Source: a bacterium (lineage in GTDB: Bacteria > Muiribacteriota > UBA6191). Taken from it: a DNA stretch of 29,012 bases. Each line of letters begins with the position of its first letter. Within the stretch, counting starts at the first letter, position 1. The position numbers were made by a program, and so were the translations under genes. Positions 1 through 7,575 of the stretch are shown in pieces. A model generated the notes under the pieces. That model was given only the letters and a program-made list of their open reading frames with translations, was not told where the DNA came from and did no database searches. The stretch is from positions 1 through 29,012 of the forward strand of contig JAYZAC010000043.1 in NCBI GenBank assembly GCA_036339875.1, read 5' to 3'.

Positions 1-92
1 GGCTGAGCCACCTCAGGATTTGCATGAAGAGCAATCGTTCCGGAGAGAATCAAGCCCGCGCAGGTAATTATCTGGAATAGTTTCCTTGACAT
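1..92 (-). CDS. atpF: ATP synthase F0 subunit b, N-terminal fragment (runs off the window edge)
   Basis: Manual translation from ATG at 92 gives MSRKLFQIITCAGLILSGTIALHANPEVAQ..., open to the edge. It directly follows the b' gene, and the hydrophobic signal-like N-terminus resembles some b subunits. The assignment rests mainly on position. Confidence 0.55.
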   Translation of the reverse strand, partial: MSRKLFQIITCAGLILSGTIALHANPEVAQ

Positions 93-96
93 AGCA

Positions 97-513
97 TCAC
101 CCATAAATCTTGTTGTCTAGTGCCGCACTAAGTTCCGGCACGTTATTCTGTAATTCTTTTTCAAGCTTACCCAAGCCAGTGTCTAGAGAATTGACTTTTT
201 CCGCGTACATCTTAGAAGCTTCTTCCTCAGCACGAGTCAAAATCTTTGTCTTTTCGGCATTAGCCTCATCTTTAGCTTCGCGCTTTATTAAAGCGGCTTC
301 GCCATGAATTTTTGAGAGCTTTTTACGATAATCCCCTTCTAGTTCAGCCAATTCAGCTTTCTCCTTAGCAAAACCTTCAACAAAGCTATTCATTTTATTA
401 TTACGTTCATCCATTACACGCAACAAAGGCTTGAAAAATACAAGATCCAATAGCCAGTAAAGTACTAGGAAATTCACCACTTGAATGACAAGGGTTATGT
501 TTATATCAACCAT
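97..513 (-). CDS. atpF: ATP synthase F0 subunit b/b'
   Basis: N-terminal TM with IQVVNFLVLYWLL..FFKPL..MDER motif followed by an Ala/Glu/Lys-rich coiled coil; follows atpE. Confidence 0.92.
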   Translation of the reverse strand: MVDINITLVIQVVNFLVLYWLLDLVFFKPLLRVMDERNNKMNSFVEGFAKEKAELAELEGDYRKKLSKIHGEAALIKREAKDEANAEKTKILTRAEEEASKMYAEKVNSLDTGLGKLEKELQNNVPELSAALDNKIYG

Positions 514-556
514 AATCTTCTCTCTTATATTCAGTTAAGATTTTTAGACTCTTCTC

Positions 557-805
557 TTAGAACATGAGTAGTAGAGCAATTACCAGAGAGTAAATCCCTG
601 TTGACTCCGAAACTGCCTGACCGATAAGCATAGTACGAGTCAGCATGTTAGCGTGCTCCGGTTGATGAGAAATACCTTCACAAGCTTTTCCACCAACAAA
701 ACCCTCTCCAATACCAGGTCCAATCGCACCTAAACCCATACATAGACCAGCTCCCAAAAACTTGGAACCCTGGACCACGGCCTCAGCCATTGTAATTTCA
801 GCCAT
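557..805 (-). CDS. atpE: ATP synthase F0 subunit c, single hairpin, Na+-type (82 aa)
   Basis: Start moved to ATG 805 because AAGGAGG lies at 818-812. Contains GAIGPGIGEG and QAVSESTGIY, i.e. P30, E34, E67, S68, T69, Y72. Confidence 0.95.
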   Translation of the reverse strand: MAEITMAEAVVQGSKFLGAGLCMGLGAIGPGIGEGFVGGKACEGISHQPEHANMLTRTMLIGQAVSESTGIYSLVIALLLMF

Positions 806-828
806 TTTAAGCCTCCTTAAACGAGTTG

Positions 829-1578
829 CTACAATGTGAAAAGTAACAACAAACTTATTACCAAGCAATAGACACAAGTTGATTGTGAAACTGCTTGAGC
901 TATCAACATAGTTCGAACCATTGTAAGTCTTAATCTTGGTTTTTTAGCTGTAGCCAAACAAGCCTCAGCCCCCGGAAAACCACACCCGATACCCGGACCT
1001 ATTGCACCAAAACCAGTACACAATCCAGCCCCCAAAACTGCCATACACTTAGCCACACCCGGCCAAGTGGAGAAGTCTTGAAAAAATATTAGTAGAGCAA
1101 CTACCAAGGCAAAGACGGCGGGATTACCCGCTACCGCAGAACCTAGTAGGTGAACAAATTGAATATCTCCTTGCGCCGAGGGGTGACGAGAAACGCCCTC
1201 AACCGCTTTTGACCCACACATACCCATACCAACACCACTACCTATAGCACCTAAACCCATAGACAAACCTGTCCCGAGCATTGCCGATGCTAGGAACCAA
1301 AAATTTTGTTCAGTGATCGCTGGTAATGGTACAAACAGTAAAAGCACTGCAACAACTAGGGCAAAAATGGATGCGGATTCGGTAACAGCCTGCGTAATTA
1401 ACATAGTACGTAAGATCGTTCCGTCTTGTGATGGTTGACGAGCCATTCCGATCACCGCGGCTGTTGCTGATCTAAATGTACCTAAGCCAGCACCCATAGC
1501 TCCAAAGCCCATCGCCAGTCCAGCACCTATATATTTTGCACCAGTGACAATTTCTGTAGCATATTCTGCGTATATCAT
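829..1578 (-). CDS. atpE: Triplicated ATP synthase subunit c (three fused hairpins, 249 aa)
   Basis: Three ~82-aa repeats, each with a GxGLxxGxGAxG helix, a loop (RQP / RHP / KKP) and a C-terminal helix (QAVTES / SAVAGN / QAVSQS). ATGA overlap with the atpB stop. Confidence 0.93.
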   Translation of the reverse strand: MIYAEYATEIVTGAKYIGAGLAMGFGAMGAGLGTFRSATAAVIGMARQPSQDGTILRTMLITQAVTESASIFALVVAVLLLFVPLPAITEQNFWFLASAMLGTGLSMGLGAIGSGVGMGMCGSKAVEGVSRHPSAQGDIQFVHLLGSAVAGNPAVFALVVALLIFFQDFSTWPGVAKCMAVLGAGLCTGFGAIGPGIGCGFPGAEACLATAKKPRLRLTMVRTMLIAQAVSQSTCVYCLVISLLLLFTL

Positions 1579-2315
1579 GCCGCCTGACCTTCCTCTTCGT
1601 CTTCATCTAATTCTACGCCCTGAGCGATGTAAGCCAACGTCAACATAGTGAATACAAAAGCCTGAATTGTACCAACGAATATTCCAAAAAACCCGTAAAG
1701 ACCAATCGGTAGAACTATATAACCTACCAGCCAAGAAACTACTTGGATGATTACTGCACCACCCATAATATTTCCAAATAAACGGAAACTAATGGATACT
1801 ATCTTAGAGAGCTCTCCAATTAGGTTCAATGGAAACATAATGATGGGGATAGGCTCCATAAGGAGTTCCCAGAAATAACCGAAAAAACCTTTGAATCTCA
1901 TCGCCTGATACACCGCAATACCGAAACCTAGTATTCCCAATCCTAGCGGCAAATTAATGTCCAGTGTAGGCTCCTCAAAACCAAAAACTCCGATGTAGTT
2001 ACACATCAGTAAAAATATAAACAGTGTCCCTATAAAAGGAGTAAACGAACGTCCTAGGTCTTTACCCAGGGATTCCTGACATAGGCCATCAACAAATCCA
2101 ACTATAGACTCTAAAAACAATTGCGGATAACTTGGGATAAGCCTTGGGTTACGACCGATTAACCAGCCTACCATCAACAATAAAATCATTATCACAAAAG
2201 TTGAGAGTAGAGTACTCAAATCTTTATCTGTTACGGTCAACCACGATCTCTGTGATGGGTCCTGAAGCCATCCCTGACCAAAAGTGTATAGCTGTATCTT
2301 ACCAATGTCTCCCAT
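1575..2315 (-). CDS. atpB: ATP synthase F0 subunit a
   Basis: PT.DIN.PLGL, PLNLIGELSK..SISFRLFGNI (essential Arg) and IQAFVFTMLT motifs; AGGAG RBS; acidic C-terminal tail. Confidence 0.96.
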   Translation of the reverse strand: MGDIGKIQLYTFGQGWLQDPSQRSWLTVTDKDLSTLLSTFVIMILLLMVGWLIGRNPRLIPSYPQLFLESIVGFVDGLCQESLGKDLGRSFTPFIGTLFIFLLMCNYIGVFGFEEPTLDINLPLGLGILGFGIAVYQAMRFKGFFGYFWELLMEPIPIIMFPLNLIGELSKIVSISFRLFGNIMGGAVIIQVVSWLVGYIVLPIGLYGFFGIFVGTIQAFVFTMLTLAYIAQGVELDEDEEEGQAA

Positions 2316-2324
2316 GATTCTCCT

Positions 2325-2699
2325 TTACGCTAGAACCCATCCGAAAAAACGCCGGATAAATTCTCGACCAAATAGAACATATTGAACACCCAGAATTCCA
2401 CTGAGTAAACTAAATGGCTCTATCTGCGGCACAGTCAACGCCAAAGCAAGCGTACCAGCCATCAATAAATACCTGATACCAAATCCGCTTACAGCTCTTT
2501 TTTGAAATTTTTTCTCCTCAACGCCCGAAAGATTTTGCGTCTGCAGTGCCATTAAATTGAAATTTGCAAGACTGATCAGGCAACCTAGAAAAAAGCTTAG
2601 ATTGATGAAGTAATTTTCAAAAAAGTAGAAGAGTAGCGCTTGGGCAGGAATTTGCAGCAGAAACAAATCATTTCTTATTTCCTTTCTTACTGCTTCCAT
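2325..2699 (-). CDS. atpI: ATP synthase protein I (AtpI/UncI-like, ~4 TM)
   Basis: 124-aa hydrophobic protein with G..ISLANF and IRYLL motifs, immediately upstream of atpB. Confidence 0.8.
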   Translation of the reverse strand: MEAVRKEIRNDLFLLQIPAQALLFYFFENYFINLSFFLGCLISLANFNLMALQTQNLSGVEEKKFQKRAVSGFGIRYLLMAGTLALALTVPQIEPFSLLSGILGVQYVLFGREFIRRFFGWVLA

Positions 2700-2919
2700 C
2701 CTGCTTCCTTGGGAGACTCCTGTTGATTAGTTTCCAACCAGCACGCAAGCCACATGCAAAGCCCAATGCTACCCCAGAAATTGTGAAAAAAGGCAAAGTC
2801 TGAAAATACTCATCGAGCCAGTAACCCGCATAAGCGCTCAGCAGTACCGATACCACAATAGTCAACCCAAATTGCGGAACCAAAATTACGAATTTCCACT
2901 GGTCGCTGAAGTGCCCCAT
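2668..2919 (-). CDS. atpZ: AtpZ/AtpI-family 2-TM ATP synthase accessory protein
   Basis: G..IVVSVLL...GYWLDEYFQT.PFFTI.G..LG motif typical of the ATP synthase gene-1 family; first gene of the operon. Confidence 0.82.
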   Translation of the reverse strand: MGHFSDQWKFVILVPQFGLTIVVSVLLSAYAGYWLDEYFQTLPFFTISGVALGFACGLRAGWKLINRSLPRKQDGSSKKGNKK

Positions 2920-2948
2920 ATACTAATCACCACCCCTACCATTGTCAA
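2920..2948 (-). promoter_or_regulatory. sigma70-like promoter for the atp operon (TTGACA-17-TAGTAT), overlapping a GGTGGTGA SD-like sequence
   Basis: Minus strand reads TTGACA atggtaggggtggtgat TAGTAT then ATG at 2919. Confidence 0.55.
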
Positions 2949-3158
2949 GGAAAGTTTTGTTATTGGAAAAGCCCATTATTAATACGCCTTGAGGATAATT
3001 AATACTGATAAACTAGCATTTAAATTTTGCTAAAACCAAGCTTGATGGATTTCAAAACGATTCGTAGACTGAATTTGAGTGAACATCTATTCCTAAGTCT
3101 TCGAGTGTAATTAATGCAAAATCCTCACAAATTGAAACCCCTATGGATTGAAATAAAG

Positions 3159-4772
3159 CTACAGGCCCATCTCGTCGCTAGCCTCTAGGTCAGATTGAAT
3201 AACTGACTCCAAATCAACCGGCTTTTTTTTATTTTTTAATATTTCGCGCTTTGTTTTCAAGGGCTTTGGCTTAACCTCTTTTGTATCTTCTTTATTTTTT
3301 TTAGGTAATTCTTTTTTTGGCGTAACCTGCTCTAAAATTAGAGGTTGATGCTGTTTCTGTGAAAGCATTGTTTTGTGGAGTGCCTCAAGGCTTGCTCTGA
3401 GGGCTCCCAACTCCTTACTAAGTCTGAGATTTTGCTCCTCTAAATCTCTTTGTACATCTGCAACCAACTCTTTAGCTGATTCTTTGTCACTAGAGTCATT
3501 TGACATATAAATAACTGTTCCCTCTCGAGCATTCTTAAATTTTGGGTTTGCCTTCAAAACTTCGGGTAATTTTCCAACAGAGGATAAATCCATACCCTTC
3601 TTAAGCGGAACAACTATCACATGCGATTTATCCGAGACTGTTTTTTGTCCAGATGTATCCGATGACTCCTCTACCTTTTTACCCTGCTTTACGACACTAG
3701 AACTAGGTCCAACATTTTTAGAAACTCCTTTTCGTATCATCTGTCGACTTCGTCTAATATCCTCAAGTATTTCAGATTCTCTTTGAGCTACACGATCATA
3801 ATACTTCTCTTCAAATCGTATTTCCGTTTCCAAATCAACCTGCCCAGATTCTTTAGATTTGAGCTTTTCACGCTCAGAATCAAGTGAGTTGCGCAATTGC
3901 CTTACGCGGGCCATTTTGGCTTTGAGCTTTTTAGTTTCACCACGGTTACTATTAATATTAACCATATAATTTATTCTGGCATTATTTTTTTCAATCATGT
4001 TCATGCGCTTTGCAACGTACTTGAAACTAAGATCTCGACTTTTTTCATGAATCTCTTTTCGACGCTCTTGCAAAAATTCTAATCGTGTACTGAGACGCTT
4101 AATCTTAGGGTCATTCAATCTCTGTAGATTTGATCGTAAAGTTTTCTTCTTTCTCAATAATTTTTTAATACGTTCCTTGCGCTGTAAAACGTAGGTATCA
4201 TTATAGGAAGCCTCAGGACTTTCTAGATGAGTATCTATATCGTCGTATAAACCTTGCACCCTATCTTGCAAACCACTGATGTCGTGAGCTTTGACCTGCT
4301 TGGCCGAATCAAGCTCTCGCTCTAATCGCCTGACTTGCTTGTGAAGGTCTTTTAATTCAGCCCTACGAAGAGTCAAAAAGTTCTGTATTTCCGCTTCTAA
4401 ATTTTTATTTTCTTCAATTATTTCTGGAATACCTGGAATACCTTGTATCTGAGCAAGTAAATCTTTTTCTAGCATATCTATCTCATAGCGCCTCTCTGCC
4501 AAATCACCTACATTCGCCGCATCTGAAATACTCTTTCTGCTTTTCCAAAATGTTGGCAAGTTACTACGTAGCAAATCATCTACACTTAGTACTCGAGCAG
4601 TATCTTTCGCCACAGGCCTATTCTGATACGCTACTCCACCGTATGGGTCCTTCGTTGAGAGGTTGTGACGCGTCGGCTTTTCTACCTTAGAGTCGCCGTT
4701 ATTAGCATATATAAATGTACATGAATAAGTAATAAACAATAAATACGAAATTAAAGGCACAATCTGAGACAT
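3159..4772 (-). CDS. Exported long coiled-coil protein of unknown function
   Basis: Probable start ATG 4772 (MSQIVPLISYLLF...IYA, signal-peptide-like, with AGGA upstream). Extensive heptad-like Leu/Glu/Lys/Arg stretches and a Lys-rich C-terminus. Confidence 0.75.
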   Translation of the reverse strand: MSQIVPLISYLLFITYSCTFIYANNGDSKVEKPTRHNLSTKDPYGGVAYQNRPVAKDTARVLSVDDLLRSNLPTFWKSRKSISDAANVGDLAERRYEIDMLEKDLLAQIQGIPGIPEIIEENKNLEAEIQNFLTLRRAELKDLHKQVRRLERELDSAKQVKAHDISGLQDRVQGLYDDIDTHLESPEASYNDTYVLQRKERIKKLLRKKKTLRSNLQRLNDPKIKRLSTRLEFLQERRKEIHEKSRDLSFKYVAKRMNMIEKNNARINYMVNINSNRGETKKLKAKMARVRQLRNSLDSEREKLKSKESGQVDLETEIRFEEKYYDRVAQRESEILEDIRRSRQMIRKGVSKNVGPSSSVVKQGKKVEESSDTSGQKTVSDKSHVIVVPLKKGMDLSSVGKLPEVLKANPKFKNAREGTVIYMSNDSSDKESAKELVADVQRDLEEQNLRLSKELGALRASLEALHKTMLSQKQHQPLILEQVTPKKELPKKNKEDTKEVKPKPLKTKREILKNKKKPVDLESVIQSDLEASDEMGL

Positions 4773-4840
4773 GCTTCCTACCTTTGTTAAATGCTTCCTC
4801 AATTATCGACGAAACCAGCTCAGATTCTTATTTAGATGTG

Positions 4841-4846
4841 TATAAT
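4841..4846 (+). promoter_or_regulatory. -10 box TATAAT 6 nt before ATG 4853 (possible leaderless start)
   Basis: TATAAT atgcac ATG with no SD nearby; -35 is weak. Confidence 0.4.
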
Positions 4847-4852
4847 ATGCAC

Positions 4853-7573
4853 ATGAAATCGAAAAAAACTTCAAAAGAAACATTAAATCAGATTCGCCAA
4901 AAACTTGACTCTCAAAGCGAATCCGAAATATCCGAATCGTTAAATCAGTTAAAATCTCTATATCTAGATGTAGAGGTCATAGAACTCCTTATCGGATTAC
5001 TCGACCATAAACTTTGGAAGGTCCGCAAACTAGTAGCAAGTTATCTCATCCAGTCTGTAACAGCAGTTTTCCCTCATTTAATAAAACATCTTAACTCTAC
5101 TTCGGCACATGTCCGCTACTGGATATATCAAATACTACCTCATGCTGGAATTCAAAGTGCTCGGCATCTCCAAAAAATCTACAAAAAAATGGATCTTCAA
5201 GAACGCCTTTTCATACTAGAAGCTCTAGCAAAAATCTCTGATCCAAACTCTATAGACTTTGCCCTGGAATGCCTCAACGACCCATTGTGGTCGATTAGAA
5301 ATGAATCTAGTAAAGTCCTTATGAATTTGCGTCAAAAAGCTGTAGGCCCATTGAAGAACATCATTCGTGAAGGAAGTGACAATCAGAGATATTGGGCTTT
5401 CAAGATACTAGGTCATATGAGTGGAGAAGCAGCACTTGAAACTTTCGAAAACATCGTTGTTAACCGCAATTACGAAGAAAAAGTTCGAAGCTATGCACTA
5501 ACAGGTATTCAAGAAATCAATAGCGCCTGCACTATTCCAATACTTATAAAAACACTCGAATCAGATTTATGGCCACTCAGGGCACAATCAGCTAAGATTT
5601 TAATCAATCACCCCCATTCCCCCCAAAAGAAAATACTTGAAGTGATGCACAAGGGCTCAAAGAACCTAAGATACTGGGGTTTTGAAATACTACAAAACAT
5701 TATTGAGGACAAGCATTTATGTATGCTAGAAGAAGCTGTAAAAAGTGCTGATTTTGATTTTCGCTTCCAGGCTATTGGCCTTATTGCACAAGTCAAAGGA
5801 GCAAGTGCAGCTAAAATCTTGAGCGAACAGTTAAAAGATGAGACATGGTACATAAGAAAACATTGCGCGGACGGCCTAGTGCATCTGGGAGCAACAAGCA
5901 TTCCAGTGCTAGGCAAAAATCTTAATCAAAGAAGCTCTGAGGAAATCTTTTGGATCTGCAGAGTTTTTAGTAAATTAAAACTAAGTAGCAGCATCCCGTT
6001 CTTAGAAAAATTGATGCTCCACGAAGATAAGCAAATTAGATTATATGCATTAGATGCCGTTGGGTCGATTGGTGGAACTAGATCGGTCGATCTTCTTATT
6101 CAAGCATTTAATAATCAATTTTGGATAGTTCGCTCAAAAGCTCATGAAGCTCTAATTGAACTTGGAATAGATGCGATCATACCCTTGTTACAGCAACTAC
6201 GAAACACGAGCGAATCAGTACTTTATTGGACTCAAAAAACGCTCGAAGAAAGTCCCCTCTATGGAGCTAGAACCATAATGCGATTTTTAAACGAAACCAA
6301 TGAGCGTGAATTCTTCGAGATTCTAGAGCAACTTTCTATACTAAATCAACACGCATTTCAGGAGCTTATATCTAATGATGACCTGAAACCCCATAACATC
6401 CTTGAAGCATTGAAAGAATCTAAGAACCAAACGCTCGCAAATCATTACAAACCGACGCCAGATAATCTAGATTTTAATTTTTTTCAACGATCTGAATTTA
6501 CCTATGAAAAGCAACAATACTTCAGAGATATACTCTCGGAAACGATAGATACAGAAGCTTCTCAACTGATACTCAAGGCTGAGCAGCCTCCAATTATGAG
6601 AATCGATGGTGTACTTTGCAGAGGTGGCAAGCGTACATTGACCTCTCAGGATATCCAAGAATTTTTCACAGATTCTATACCTGAAGAAGATATACAACTT
6701 TTTCGTGAACAAGGCTATTGTAAATTCGAAATCCCTTATGACGATGATGCCCAATTTCTAGCGCAACTATCTAAGTGTGGCTCTGGAATTCAAGCCCATC
6801 TAAAACCCCGTAAACTGTCTATCCCCGGTTTTGAAAGCTTGAGATTACCCAACGAATTTTTAACGCATATATGCAAATTGCCACGTGGCCTAGTAATAGT
6901 TAGTGGAACAAAATCCTCAGGAAAGACTAGCCTCATTCATGCCATGCTATCTCATATTAATAGAAGTTACGTAAAACATATTTTATGTGTTGAAGACAGT
7001 TCTTCCGTGCAACTACAATCAGATAAATCAATCCTCAGTTATAAATCCGTAGGTCGGGACCTAAGAACCTATGATAGTGCTGTTGAAGCTAGCCTTAATG
7101 AAGATTGTGATATTGTGTATCTCGCAAAAATCCCCCAGTATCCAGCATTGGAAACATTGCTAGAGCTGGCCTCCTCACAATGTCTTGTGATTCTAGAATG
7201 CAACGCACCTAGCACACAAGAGTCTTTACAAAAAATCCTTTTGAGCCTTCCTCAGGAACAGCTAAAAATGTATGAAAAACTTGTACAAACCGCGCTCCAA
7301 GCCAGTATTAATACTAGGTTATTGCGTAATTCTCAAGAGGGTGGCTACATTCCCGCTTTAGAATACTTCTTAGCTAACTCAAGGATCACTGAAAATATCA
7401 CATTGGATAAACTTGGAGAAATCGAGACAATACTGCAGAAATCTCGTCAACCACTAACTGTTAGTATGGATGACTACTTAATGGAACTAGCCTCCAACAA
7501 AAAAATATCCTATCAGGAAGCTGTTCGGTGGATGAAAGACAAATCTAAAGTTTCAGTAGATCAAATCTGGTGA
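4853..7573 (+). CDS. HEAT-repeat protein fused to a PilT/PilU-like ATPase domain with degenerate catalytic motifs
   Basis: About 14 HEAT-like repeats (e.g. DPLWSIRNESSKVL, DETWYIRKHCADGL), then PPIMRIDG, PRGLVIVSGTKSSGKTS, HILCVED, VGRD...Y..AV.ASL.ED.DIV, GYIPALE, SMDDYL.EL. The start is uncertain (TTG 4784, ATG 4847 or ATG 4853). Confidence 0.88.
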   Translation: MKSKKTSKETLNQIRQKLDSQSESEISESLNQLKSLYLDVEVIELLIGLLDHKLWKVRKLVASYLIQSVTAVFPHLIKHLNSTSAHVRYWIYQILPHAGIQSARHLQKIYKKMDLQERLFILEALAKISDPNSIDFALECLNDPLWSIRNESSKVLMNLRQKAVGPLKNIIREGSDNQRYWAFKILGHMSGEAALETFENIVVNRNYEEKVRSYALTGIQEINSACTIPILIKTLESDLWPLRAQSAKILINHPHSPQKKILEVMHKGSKNLRYWGFEILQNIIEDKHLCMLEEAVKSADFDFRFQAIGLIAQVKGASAAKILSEQLKDETWYIRKHCADGLVHLGATSIPVLGKNLNQRSSEEIFWICRVFSKLKLSSSIPFLEKLMLHEDKQIRLYALDAVGSIGGTRSVDLLIQAFNNQFWIVRSKAHEALIELGIDAIIPLLQQLRNTSESVLYWTQKTLEESPLYGARTIMRFLNETNEREFFEILEQLSILNQHAFQELISNDDLKPHNILEALKESKNQTLANHYKPTPDNLDFNFFQRSEFTYEKQQYFRDILSETIDTEASQLILKAEQPPIMRIDGVLCRGGKRTLTSQDIQEFFTDSIPEEDIQLFREQGYCKFEIPYDDDAQFLAQLSKCGSGIQAHLKPRKLSIPGFESLRLPNEFLTHICKLPRGLVIVSGTKSSGKTSLIHAMLSHINRSYVKHILCVEDSSSVQLQSDKSILSYKSVGRDLRTYDSAVEASLNEDCDIVYLAKIPQYPALETLLELASSQCLVILECNAPSTQESLQKILLSLPQEQLKMYEKLVQTALQASINTRLLRNSQEGGYIPALEYFLANSRITENITLDKLGEIETILQKSRQPLTVSMDDYLMELASNKKISYQEAVRWMKDKSKVSVDQIW

Positions 7574-7575
7574 AA

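Noticed and set aside
95..97. ATG overlapping the b' stop as the start of the next gene
   Set aside because: That frame stops after 9 codons; ATG 92 gives the open frame.
806..877. 24-aa N-terminal extension of the single c in the ORF track
   Set aside because: It overlaps the triple-c gene, and a strong AAGGAGG precedes ATG 805.
1..2919. N-ATPase operon
   Set aside because: The c subunit has an N-ATPase-like Na+ motif, but atpD/atpC do not precede the membrane genes and two b-type genes follow, which fits a standard F-type order.
4423..4443. Short tandem repeat encoding GIPGIP
   Set aside because: A two-copy 9-bp in-frame duplication; too short to be meaningful.
5608..6754. Antisense ORFs inside the HEAT-PilT gene, and similar shadow ORFs within atpF, arginase, the anti-sigma gene, ftsZ, ftsA, murC, pepA and the ferredoxin
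   Set aside because: They lie within well-supported genes and show no recognisable motifs.
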